A DNA stretch of 64,000 nt from Macrostomum lignano (lineage: Eukaryota): NCBI GenBank assembly GCA_002269645.1, contig NIVC01001552.1, forward strand, positions 1-64,000, given 5' to 3'. Below, piece by piece: positions 1 to 11,900 of the stretch. The notes under the pieces are model-generated. The model searched no databases. It was not told the origin of the DNA and worked only from the letters and a program-made list of their open reading frames with translations. The translations under genes were made by a program, and so were the position numbers. The number at the start of each line of letters is the position of its first letter. Position 1 is the stretch's first letter.

Positions 1-850
1 GCGATAGCACCAAAAGTATTAATTTATTAAGATATAAGTAATACATACAGATATAAGTAATACATTTGTTTCATATATTTTTAGTTTACGGACTAAAGCC
101 AAAGTTCAGGCGGAACGCGAAAATCGTTAACTTTTTAAAAATCTACGTCGGCATTATACATAAACTATAAATATCATCTGGTCTGAAGTTGCCAACCACT
201 GTGCGAAGAGAGTTTAAGTTAGAGGCGTCTTTGGTCTCTACCGTAGACGATTCTGAGAAAGGGAAATTGATTTGGTCGCCTGCACTTGGAGCTGAGCGCA
301 AAGTGAATTAGCAAAAACTAAATAAAATCAGTAGAAGTGCCTGGAGTAAAAAAACCCATAAAGATACTCGTATAACGGTGTAAACAATCGCTTGTTCCAG
401 CAAAGTCTTAATTTAACAATCTTAGACTTGGAGCTTTGCTTTGTTAATCAAAATTACAATCAATAAAAGTAGTCCAAATCTGATCTGTCGTGAAAAAACA
501 ACTCAAAACATCAGTACGTTTTGAGTTTTGAAAGATCTACCAATAGTTACTGTAAAAAAGATAATAATTCAATTAGGCACGCGTTAAGTCTAAGAAGAAC
601 GTGATAAAAATGTTTTCTATTAAAAATAAAGCACATAGCAATAACATCACCAGTTTCAGCTATTGGCAGAAACAAATTCAAACTACTATAAGTAATACAA
701 ACAGGAGCGCACACGTAAAATCAACAAAATATATTCAAAAGGTAATTTGGAATTTATCGGAATTATTTTGTTAACAAGATGACGGCAATATTAAAGATCA
801 GTAAGATTCACAAAAAAGTGATTTAACTATCAGGAGGGACATTGGGTCAA

Positions 851-2461
851 TTAGACGCAACAAATCGTGAAAATGCTGACAGCCTTGCGTTTTTCTTGAC
901 AGACGGCTAGCATCGGAGGGTCGCCTTCCACGACTGCGAGGCCATATGGGTTAAACTTGTAACCACTATCAGTGCTACCAGAACCTTCTTCATGATCTTT
1001 GCTACTATTGCTACTGTCATCTCCTTCACTTTCGTTCTCGTCATCTTCAGAAGCGAATTGAAGAGTCTGCAAAATGGTTCCGTCATTCAACAGGACATAA
1101 ACTGAATCGGACAGACTCCGGCTAACAAAGATCAGTCCGGAGGAATGAACCGCAACATCGGCAGGAAATTCGAAATCGGCGGGCTCGCTCAAATCAGTGG
1201 GATACGATACTACGAGCTGGTGACTCACAGTGCAAATCTTATGCAGCTGATCTGAAGCCCAATCGGTCATTAGAATGAAGTGGCCAAAAGCAGACAGACC
1301 TTCATAAAGTACACCGCTATTAGTTGGGTAGTACTTCGATACGTCAATGACAGACTGCAATTGCTCGCCATCCTTTGCCAGACAAAAAATGCTGGAATTT
1401 TTCTGCTCCAAAAGAAACAATTTGTCCGAATTTCCGGTCATACCGACGAATTTGCATTCAGAAAGACCTAAGCTTTGGGCGTTGACGGCATGAGTTATAG
1501 AGCCACTCAGATCTGCCACAGTCACAACGCTAGACTGCGCGATATACAAACTTTGCCTATCGCTGTCACACTGAAGTCCAACAGCTTCCACAGACCAATC
1601 GATAGCACAGTTGACAGCTAGTCGCAATGTTCCATCAATTGATGTGGCAAGAATATGGTCCATACCAGAGTTAACATGAAAAACTACAAACAAGCACTGA
1701 GATGTAAGGCTAATAGGCTTACTAACGACAGTTGATGCCTTCACCAAGTTGCCTTCTGAGTTTCCAACGTATCCGTTGGTGTTGCTGCAAACTGCAATCC
1801 ACTGTGGCGCACCTTCAAGCTCTAGAATTTCGGAATGAAGCTGACACAGCTCTTTCTTTTCTGTTTGGCTCGGAGTCTCGGTTGATTCGCAGAGTCTTGA
1901 AATTTCTTTCATTTTTACTTCATTTAGCAAGCGAAGATCCCTCAAGCCACCGCTTACATCGCCAACAACTCTGGTATCGCAATTTACTTTCTCGTTGGCT
2001 TCAAGCTTCTCTTCTAGGTCAGTGCACTTTAGCTCCATTTCAGAAGTGAGTTCAAACACCTTTCTAGTATTTTCATCACTCTCAGCTGCAGTAATTGCAT
2101 TTTCATATTCCTGCAGCATTGAAAACTCTCCTAAATTTTGCAAAGCATTGTCGTGCCTTTCAGTCAACAGAGTAGTGACAGCTGACCTCCACTTTACCCA
2201 CGAGTCCAAAGCTTCATCAAACAGATCCTCTACAGCCTGCAGCTCAACAGCCAGAGTTTGCTGACGAATCCTAATCTTGTCCCGCTCGGCAAGCATCGGC
2301 TCTAACCTAGCCTTCATCGAAATTCGTAATTCTCTAACTTTCTCGCTGTCCTGGGCCAGGTGCCTTACACAGAGTGGCTGAGGAATCCGACCACCAAAAC
2401 CGGATGCGGGGTTGACGCAACCTCGAATGAAGCACTGGTCGGAAGCAGATTGCTCAGACAT
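851..2461 (-). CDS. Intronless 536-aa protein: N-terminal C-x4-C-x15-C-x2-H zinc motif, coiled coil, C-terminal NHL-like beta-propeller (RING-less TRIM-NHL-like)
   Basis: Long ATG-to-stop ORF. CFIRGC...LCVRH motif, heptad-rich helical region at about aa 35-160, and NHL-like blades (e.g. FEFPADVAVHSSGLIFVS, FNPYGLAVV). Colinear paralog at 3355-4896. Family assignment is by eye. Confidence 0.75.
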   Translation of the reverse strand: MSEQSASDQCFIRGCVNPASGFGGRIPQPLCVRHLAQDSEKVRELRISMKARLEPMLAERDKIRIRQQTLAVELQAVEDLFDEALDSWVKWRSAVTTLLTERHDNALQNLGEFSMLQEYENAITAAESDENTRKVFELTSEMELKCTDLEEKLEANEKVNCDTRVVGDVSGGLRDLRLLNEVKMKEISRLCESTETPSQTEKKELCQLHSEILELEGAPQWIAVCSNTNGYVGNSEGNLVKASTVVSKPISLTSQCLFVVFHVNSGMDHILATSIDGTLRLAVNCAIDWSVEAVGLQCDSDRQSLYIAQSSVVTVADLSGSITHAVNAQSLGLSECKFVGMTGNSDKLFLLEQKNSSIFCLAKDGEQLQSVIDVSKYYPTNSGVLYEGLSAFGHFILMTDWASDQLHKICTVSHQLVVSYPTDLSEPADFEFPADVAVHSSGLIFVSRSLSDSVYVLLNDGTILQTLQFASEDDENESEGDDSSNSSKDHEEGSGSTDSGYKFNPYGLAVVEGDPPMLAVCQEKRKAVSIFTICCV

Positions 2462-3354
2462 AGATGCAGCAGAAATTCAATATTGGTGGTATTCAGTTTA
2501 ACGTCAATTCTTATTGCGGAGAAATATTGTTTTCAGATGAGATAGTGGCAGAAATTATCCAATTCTGAACACTCCAGTTACAATAACTCCTCTTAAAAGT
2601 ACGTATCTAACGAGGCGAAAGAGTCAAAGGTAAATCGCGTCTCGCTTCACAATCCATCACGAACAAACGATTTGGCGCTTGTAAATAAAAAAAATTACCG
2701 GTGCATTTCTGCGGCTTTGCATATTCCAAAAAATGTCTTTGAAACGAAAGGTTGTAAAAAGGGACAAATAGTAGAGCGACTATTTGGGCTATTGAGTTCG
2801 TTTGAAGTTCGTTTGAATCTCTAACGACAATGACATGCTTTATATTAGAGCTCGCTACATAATTAGAAACTAAACAAATCAAATGCAATTCTTTTAATGT
2901 CCAAAATAAATTAAAACTTTGGCATATATTTTTTGTTTAAAACAAAAAAGACAAACGGTATAGCTGCAAGAATTTAGCTATAAAGACACGGCGACGCCAA
3001 ATGGATTTACAATTGCCACTAATTCCTAAAGAGGGGTTTATTAAGCTTTTCGGTTTGACAGAAACTACGTGTTTGAATAAAAACTACCTGAACTTTTAAT
3101 TTAGCTTACAAACAAAATTGTAAAAGTAAGTAATTCAACCTAAAATTAACAATAATATGAGAAAATGCAAGTCAAATTTAACTTGAGAATGAAAAAAAAA
3201 CGTGTAGGCCGAATACAACGAACCAAAACCTTGAAAAAATTATGGAAAAAATAAAAAGCTAATACGTGCAAAAACCTGGAACCAAAAAACAACTAGAAAT
3301 TATATAATTTGACTTGTAAGACGCGTCGGTCAGTCGTCGCACAATGTATAGAAA

Positions 3355-4896
3355 TCACTCGCAGTCAATGCGAATGCGGTAAACGCTGATGCTATTTCCT
3401 ATTCGCTGGGACACTAGTAGCAAATCGGGTTTGCCATCAACGATGGTAAGCCGGCACGGCTTGTTCATGGGCTCATTAATTGGGACAAAAATACTGATTG
3501 TTCCGAGGCTCTGCAACAGAAACCCGTCGTTTCTTAGGACGCGCACCATATGCTTTGAACGCTCGCTGACAAATATGAGGCCAGAGCGGTGAGCCGCAAC
3601 ACCGGACGGGTCTGCGATGGTTTTTAGCGCGGTTTCTTTGCTTGGATACGATACGATTACATGACCGCTCGCGATGCAGACTTTATGTAGCAACTTAGCG
3701 TTCCAATCGGTCAGTAGCAAGGCGTTGTCTAGCACAGCCATGCTCTCAATGTGAGTACCATAGTGAGAAATACCTTTGATTGAAATAACGGACTGGACCC
3801 TACCACTGCCTTTGTCGATGCAAAACACTTGCTTGCTCTGCTCACACTGCTGTAAAGCAAATATCTTGTCCGTATTGCAGGTCATCCCGATTAGCTGGCA
3901 CTGCTGGCCAAAGTTGCTAGAGTCAACGAAACGCATCGCTTTACCGCTAAGATCTGTCATCCGTACTGAATTGGACTGAGCAACAAAGAGAGCCTGCCGT
4001 TTGCTATCGCAGCAAAGTCCGACAATTGGCTTGGACCAGTCGATATTGCTGTACACTTTTAGTCGGATAGATCCATCTATTGAGCATGCCGAAAAATGAT
4101 CAACTTTTGATGTTGAATGGAATGCAACAAAAATGCACGGCTCAGGAATGGGAACAACAATGTCATCTGCAGCCGGATCCGCCTTGATAACTCGATTCAA
4201 TGTGTCAGCGGTGAAACCTTTCGTATTGCTGCAAGATGTCACGTGAGTAGGAGAGCCCTCTAGATTAGCAATTTTGCACTGGAACTCACAGATGGAAGTC
4301 TCTTTAGAGGGCATACCTCCAGGCTCGCAAAGCTGCATCGTGTAACTCATTTGTCGGCTAATTGACAGCTGCAGATCTCTAAGGCTACCGCTAATGTCAC
4401 CAACGATTCTCTGAGCACAGTTTTGGTTATTATTGTCGAGCTCAATTTGCTCTTCCAGGTCGCTAGATTCAAGATCCATCGCGGCAGTTAGGTCAAAAAC
4501 TTTCCTAACGTCATTGTTATTCTCAGCTTCAGTGACGGCGCTTTTAAACTGTTGCAGTATGGAGAACTTGCTCAGCTTCTGCAGCACACTGTTGTGCTTT
4601 GTAGTTAGTCGGTCTAGAATAACGGTTTTCCACCTTGTCAGCAAAGCCAATACAGACTCGAACAGTTCCTCGGACTCTTCCAGTTCTGCAGCCAGGGCCT
4701 GTTGCTGCAATCGAAGAGCGTTTCTGTGAGCCAGGAAAGTTTCCAGCTTATTAAGCACAGATTTGTGAAACTCTTGCACTCTCTGCTTGTCCTGTTCAAG
4801 ATGCCTCTCACACAACGGATGCGGTATTCTTGCGCCAGTGCCCGAGACGGGAGCGACGCAGCCTCGGATGTAGCATTCTGGATCTGTGCCGCTCAT
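3355..4896 (-). CDS. Intronless 513-aa paralog of 851-2461 (C3H motif + coiled coil + NHL-like propeller)
   Basis: Long ORF with CYIRGC...LCERH and IADPSGVAAHRSGLIFVSE. Aligns by eye end to end with the neighbouring ORF. Confidence 0.75.
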   Translation of the reverse strand: MSGTDPECYIRGCVAPVSGTGARIPHPLCERHLEQDKQRVQEFHKSVLNKLETFLAHRNALRLQQQALAAELEESEELFESVLALLTRWKTVILDRLTTKHNSVLQKLSKFSILQQFKSAVTEAENNNDVRKVFDLTAAMDLESSDLEEQIELDNNNQNCAQRIVGDISGSLRDLQLSISRQMSYTMQLCEPGGMPSKETSICEFQCKIANLEGSPTHVTSCSNTKGFTADTLNRVIKADPAADDIVVPIPEPCIFVAFHSTSKVDHFSACSIDGSIRLKVYSNIDWSKPIVGLCCDSKRQALFVAQSNSVRMTDLSGKAMRFVDSSNFGQQCQLIGMTCNTDKIFALQQCEQSKQVFCIDKGSGRVQSVISIKGISHYGTHIESMAVLDNALLLTDWNAKLLHKVCIASGHVIVSYPSKETALKTIADPSGVAAHRSGLIFVSERSKHMVRVLRNDGFLLQSLGTISIFVPINEPMNKPCRLTIVDGKPDLLLVSQRIGNSISVYRIRIDCE

Positions 4897-7169
4897 TTTG
4901 CATCAAGATACATGCAAATGCAATGTGTTGATTGACAAGATAATAATAAATATCAGGCATTTATCTAAGATGAGATAGGTAACCTAATTAGCTGAATGTA
5001 CCAGCATCTAAATTTTACAGTTTTTTGTGATTGAAGAAAAAAATTAAATAAAAAATATTTTACTCTATCTACCATCTGACCTCACAAACTTACATACGTC
5101 ACAGGACCTAGATAAACACGAAAAAATAAAGGATACAAAAATGACTCATTTGAGTGTTTTACACTCATTGTAATAGAAACTATTGCGATCAAAAAACATG
5201 ATTGTATAAATTATTAAAGATCCACATTAAAATAAAGCCACCAATATTTTCGAGAAAAGATTTGCATCCTAAATTTTGAGGCATTTAATTAATCAGAAGG
5301 CATGAGAAGTATACGAGATGCCGAATAAACGTCAAAAATGAATTTCAATCGAAAACAAAATCATGCAATCGCGTAAAAGTTGCTATTCAATAAAAATAGC
5401 GGCAATTTATTAAAAGTTGTTAATATACGGACTCAATCGGTACATGCCTATCGACTATATTTCTAGAACTGTTCCGGCAACACGAGCACGCTGCCGTAGC
5501 TCACTACGTACCGTCGTTACTCGATACTCACATTGCCGGCCATGGCGCGTTTCAACTTATTAACTTTAATCTTATTAATGATCCAACATTGTACTCGTAA
5601 ACAGCCTAATGACAACAGAATGATAGTTAAATAATTAGTTATTTCAACACCTTTGACGCAATGTTATGCTTCTTTCCGTGGCTTGTAAATGACGTCATGG
5701 ACCATAGAACATTGCTTCGTTACAACGCACAGGTGATAACTGATAACGCAATTATGTTATAATTGCATATCATTTTTTTAATTTGTATGAATAAATCAAG
5801 TCTTATGGCTTTTTGCTTTAAAGAAAAACTTTTTGTGCAACTCGCCGCCGCATAACCGATTATGATTTTGAGTAATCTGTAACTGTACAAACTTAAAGTA
5901 TAGTTATGCTTTTGCACTCTGAATTTGTAGTACGGGTCAAAATTGTCACTCAAGCAGAAGTGTTTTTTGTTAAATTGTTTATTTATATTTAGTTTTTAGT
6001 TAAAATATTGTTAAAAGCAACACTCTGTTATTGCTATTATTAAGTAAACAGTTATATAGATAACAGTTGTGAAACGGTTAGTTTTTTGCATTTCGCATAG
6101 GACTTGCAGCAGTATATAAACCGTAACAGTTATTCTCTACTCCTAAAAAACAAGTCCAAGATGTATAAACACAGAACGAAATTCCTTATATACGTAAGGA
6201 AATCGTTTTGTTTTAACTGGGGTTCTAAAGTGCTGGTGTCTCGAAGCTTGCTGTAATATACAGAAATAAAAATAAGTACAACGTTCTGAGAGCCAGTATT
6301 TTTGTAGAAATTTCTCACTTTTTCTTCAAATTTCGAAACTTCAATTTCTATTTGTTAACCTGGAAAGACAGCTATCCTAGGACTATCAATTTATTGAAAT
6401 CTAAAAAGAAATAAAAAACGATTTGTTTGCGAAATCTGCAATTAAAGAAACGATTGAGATCAAAATGTCATTCCTATTAGTGCAAATTTATATTTATTAA
6501 ATCAAATATGCACGGAAAATGATCAATATCTGCACACATCTGCCAGAATGTCAACTATGTTGTGACAGGCTATGCTCATTATTTACTAGTAAAAGCACAG
6601 CGGCAACTGTAGTATATCAGCAAGCACAGCCTTCTGAGGAATTAAAACAGTCAATATAGCTTTGAAAACATGGAAATCGATTCCAGCATCACTAATAATT
6701 TGAAGTAGAGAAACAAAGGCGAAAAAGCGATGTAAATTTAATCCAAACGCAGAACTGAGCAAAGCATATCAGGAAATTATAGAAAAACATTCAATCTCAG
6801 CTTGATAATATAGCACGGTTAAAAGTTACAACTACTCAAAACACGTGGAACTATAATTTTATTATGAAACATACAAAAATGAAAATGCTGCTTGCCTAAT
6901 TCGTTCACTCATCTCGAAAATCAAGCAGTAGCTACCCCAGATACTAGAACAACTAGATTTGTCGCTCGCAATCGCAATTTATGTTGTGAATAAGTCTACT
7001 TGTTTTTTAGTAGTTTGTCTGCGCAGTTTCTTTTAAATTAAATGTGGCAGCTGACACCGGGGTTTGCCGCCTCAGGAGCATATTGGGTGAATAATGAACA
7101 AAAAGCATTAAACTCGATGTACACAAGTGAACGCAAGACGGACAAAACTCTGCCTAGGGAGCAGGCTCA

Positions 7170-7525
7170 ATCTAGCTCAGCCAATGAGGGAGCAGTAAGG
7201 AGAGAGGGCAAAGTCAGAAGGACGAAACTCAGCCTAGGGGTAGGCCCATCTGGATCAGCCAATGAGAGAGCAGTAAGGAGAGAGGGCAAAGTCAGACTGA
7301 CGAAACTCAGCCTAGGGGTAGGCCCAATCTGGATCAGCCAATGAGAGAGCAGTAAGGAGAGAGGGCAAAGTCAGAAGGACGAAACTCAGCCTAGGGGTAG
7401 GCCCATCTGGATCAGCCAATGAGAGAGCAGTAAGGAGAGAGGGCAAAGTCAGACTGACGAAACTCAGCCTAGGGGTAGGCCCAATCTGGATCAACCAATG
7501 AGAGAGCAGTAAGGAGAGAGGGTAA
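7170..7525. repeat. Tandem repeat, 78-79 bp unit, ~4.5 copies
   Basis: The unit gccaatgagagagcagtaaggagagagggcaaagtcaga...ctcagcctaggggtaggccc recurs at ~7180, 7258, 7337, 7415 and 7494. Confidence 0.9.
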
Positions 7526-8447
7526 TGAGGCTTGCTATGCACACTGAAATTTGGAGTGCTAAATAAATCCTTGTTAAATATTTTCAAGCCTAAAGCGGTC
7601 TATAAAACAGGATGAAGATGCTAATTTAATCGATCTACTTGTAGAAACCAGAGGCCACCGTTGCAGCTTAAAAAACTTAATATCAAGTAAAGCACAGCAT
7701 TTTTGTGAGTGACAGATCTTTTTTTAGTATATGTGCTAGTTACATATACATGTATTAACAGTAACAATGATTAATCAAAGACAAAGCAAATCAACAATTT
7801 GCTATGAAATAGAAATGAAAAATGGTGCCAAAAATGAGTGAACATATCTACATGAACTACAGAGACAGAAGAGAACTTAGAATACCTAAGCAAGAGATCA
7901 GTTTCAATAGTGTTAAAAATGACTTAGTACATTTTGCGCTTGCTAAAGAAAATATACATCCAAAAATTATTCCGAGTAGTAACGGTCAAAATAATAGTAG
8001 AAAACAAAGGGTATATTAGTTACAAAGACTAGTTGGCAGTCTAAAGATGATATCAAGGAAGTCAACACGGGGTTCCAGATACACAGCCAGAAATTGTCTT
8101 CACACTTACTACATACTTCACAGGAATTTAATAAACATGTAAGGCATACGAGCCATAATTTCATAATTTTCGATAAATATGAAACTATTTAATGGAGTTC
8201 GATTAGGTGTTATAAGCAACAGATAATTATAATAATACACCCTGTGCTTAAGAAATTATAGCAACTGATGGGCCACTAATACTTAAAAATCTATGCGTAA
8301 TTATGGCTTTTCTATTTTTCTAGATTGGATTTAGGGGGGGGGGAGGGTGCGATTCCTTTGCGTTGGCGACTGAACCTTTTTACTTTCACAGAACTATTTT
8401 TAGATAAATACGGCGCTAATCAGGAGAGCTTTTTTTGAAAATTATCA

Positions 8448-8864
8448 CGCATAAAAGTGGGGCAGTCACAATTTTTTATCACTGTCAATTAATGTGACCC
8501 TGCAATGTGACCGTCAAATAAATGGTTACTCACGTAAACGTCAATGTGACTGTCAAAAAATTAAAAGACCTTCATTTTCACCCCTGTGCGTTAGATTATA
8601 TTGATTTAAGAAAACATAAAACGGCAAAAACGAACAACTTGATATAAGTGACCTTATATTTGAAGGTCACATAAGTGACCATTTATTTGACGGTCACATT
8701 AGAGGGTCACGTGGACGGTTACATTGACGATCACATAAGTAGGCGTTTATTAGACGGTCACATAATTGACCATATATTTGACGGTCACATTGAAAGATCA
8801 CTTTGACGGTCACATGCGATACCGTTGTTTGAGTGTCGAAATGTGACCGCTACACTTTTATACG
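8448..8864. mobile_element. Putative MITE with imperfect ~23-bp terminal inverted repeats and internal (tt)gacggtcacat subterminal repeats
   Basis: cgcataaaagtggggcagtcaca at the left versus tgtgaccgctacacttttatacg at the right. Many gtgaccgtcaa / ttgacggtcac motifs in opposite orientations inside. No TSD identified. Confidence 0.45.
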
Positions 8865-8969
8865 GGCAGTTGAACACTCACTATCATATCTAGGTGCTTG
8901 AACTAAACAGAAATAATAAATAATAATCCTGAGAAATCATTATTATAAACTACACAGCGCTGAGCAAGT

Positions 8970-11900
8970 CTACTCCAGAGCAGGAGGAAACAGGCGCTCT
9001 TCAACGTATTTCAATTGCCACACTTTCCCTGCCAATCGCTGGAATCTCTCCGGCCCCATTATGTCGCGCAGAGCGTCTTCGACGTCGTCTGGATCGCGCG
9101 AAGCGTCGTCAAGAACTTCGTAGCAACGTCGCAACAGTTGCAGACCGAGCTGTTGAAGACAGTCGCGCCTCAGCTGCACCATACGGTCGCGCATTCGTCC
9201 AGTACGGCCCAGGGTCTCCTCTTTAGACTCGATCGGTCCGCATTCGCTGTCGTCGGCTTCGTTGTCAACCTCCGTCGGGTTTGACGCTGACGCCAAGTCC
9301 GATGCCGCCGCTCCAGACCTCGGCGAAGCTGCAGCAGCAGCCGCGGCCACAGTCAGAGTCTGGTTCATGTGCTCCACTAAATCGGCCATCTCCGCCGCCT
9401 GCTGCTGCTCGCGATCGCCTGAATTGCTTCGGCTGCCACCGCCTCCGCCGCCGCCGCCGCCGCTAGAGCCGTTTCTATCGGCGGTTTTATCAGACACTGG
9501 CGATTGAGATTTCTTCTGTCTCTTCTGCCGCTTCTCTGAGGCATCAGCCTCGTGCTCGCTGCTGTCTCTGCCGGCATCGTTGCCGACTGCCGCCGCCGCT
9601 GGCACGGAAGCTTTTGGCGAATCGCGTGGCTGAAAATTAGCAAATAAAGAAATCGCTATTTATCGATTTTGGGGCTTGCAGCCTCGCGGTTAAGAGCGTC
9701 GAACTCACGACTGAAAAGGACCCACTTGGAACAGTTTGTGGTCCTTGGGCAAGGCACTTAATTCTGCATTACTTCAGTTCACTCAGCTGTAAAATGGGTG
9801 CCAGCATTAGCTGGGGTAATTGAGGGTGTGTGGCGACCCCCCCCCCATCCTTGGGCTGAACAGCCGTACGCAGTCTTTAAAGTACCTAAAGCGGTACCTA
9901 GGTAAAAAAGCGTCCCAGAGTTGTTGCAGGGAACACGGGTAAAACAGGAACGACTCTAAAACGACGAGATGTCAGAGTACAAATCGTTAGAGTCGCTTAA
10001 AAGTAAATTTGAAGCGTCGGTTTGTCTGCGACTCTAAAACGACGAGATGTCAGAGTACAAATCGTTAGAGTCGCTTAAAAGTAAATTTGAAGCGTCGGTT
10101 TGTCTGCGACTCTGAAACGACCTTGGGGCGCTTCTATAATGAATCTGGGGGCCGTGTATTTGAGTTAGTAGAAATTTCAGCGCTAACACGATTCGCTAAC
10201 TCTCTGGGATGCATGCACAAAACTTCAAACAACTCACTGAAAGTCGCGGATTGGCCGTCTTCGGTCTCCTTTGCTTCTGTTTGAGCACTAACGACTGCAG
10301 ATTAGAATACTGTTCAGAGTTGGTAAATGCTGAAAATTACAAATACGTGCCATTGAATTAGATTTTCATGCATCAGATTCAAGGGAGATTTTCATGTACA
10401 GATTCTAGGGAGATTATCATGTACAGATTCTAGGGAGATTATCATGTACAGATTCAAGGGTATAATCATGTGCAGATTCAAGGGAGATTATCATGTACAG
10501 ATTCTAGGGAGATTATCATGTATCAGATTCTATGGAGATTATCATGTACAGATTCTAGGGAGATTATCATGTATCAGATTCTATGGAGATTATCATGTAC
10601 AGATTCTAGGGAGATTATCATGTATCAGATTCTATGGAGATTATCATGTACAGATTCAAGGGAGATTTTCATGTACAGATTCAAGGGGTATAATCATGTG
10701 CAGATTCAAGGGAGATTATCATGTGCAGATTCAAGGGAGATTTTCATGTACAGATTCAAGGGAGATTATCATGTACAGATTCAAGGGAGATTATCATGTA
10801 CAGATTCAAGGGAGATTATCATGTACAGATTTAAGGGAGATTATCATGTACAGATTCTAGGGAGATTATCATGTAAATATTCTAGGGAGATTATCATGTA
10901 CAGATTCAAGGGTATAATCATGTGCAGATTCAAGGGAGACTATCATGTAAAAAACATGTTAAATTGCGACTCACCTGGTGAATTGAGCCCCAAATGTTCG
11001 CGACGCCTTCGACGAGCGGCCGTGTTAACTCTGGGCGAAGCTTCAACAACAGCTTTTACCGCGGATGGTGTCGCTGCTGCCGCCGACGCAGCAGCAGCCG
11101 CCGCAGACTCCGGCACAGCCTCAGCCTGGAGCTCCGAAGCTACCGACGAAGATTTTGGCAACTTTGGCGCTGGCGCCGGAGTCGATGGCGCCGAGGTGCA
11201 CGACGAGGAGGAATTTCGTCTAGACGATGGAGACGAAAACGGAGGCATGGAAGGTTGCGGAGCCGGCGCTGCCGATGTCGGCGGTCGAGGAGGCCGTCGG
11301 ACATGCTCCTGCTGATGCTGCTGTCGTTGAAGTTGTTGCGCCGAAGATGGCGAAGGCGGCAGCGGCTGCCGGCTGGCGCTGTTTGGCGCGGTGCCAGGAC
11401 GTCGCGTACTTTCTAGGAATAGTTGAATACTCCGACGAATGAACGGATCGCGCAGGATTCGATTCACGGATGGTCGTTTCTCAGGACTGAGATTGAGCAT
11501 GCTGCGCATAAGTTCAAGCAGTTCACTGCTGTACTGTGTAGGCATATCCGGTGTGCGACCTTTGAGAATCTTGTAGGACAATGAGCTGAAGTCTCTGGCG
11601 TTGAACGCGTGCTTCAGTGTGGCCATTTCGTACACGCAGCAGCCGAGAGCCCACACGTCCGACTGGTAATGGTAGGGTAGCATTTGGATTCTATTCTACC
11701 GGATATTGGAATTCTATTCTACCGGATATCACACTACTATTCTACCGAATATTGGACTTTTATTCTACCGGATATTAGACTATTCTACTACTGGATATTA
11801 GACTACTATTCTACTGGATATTATACTATTCTACTGGATATTAGACTACTATTCTACTGGATATTATACTATTCTACCGGATATTGAAATTCTATTCTAC

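Noticed and set aside
1280-4935. Plus-strand ORFs antisense to the two propeller genes
   Set aside because: Shadow ORFs of the real minus-strand CDSs with no recognisable motifs.
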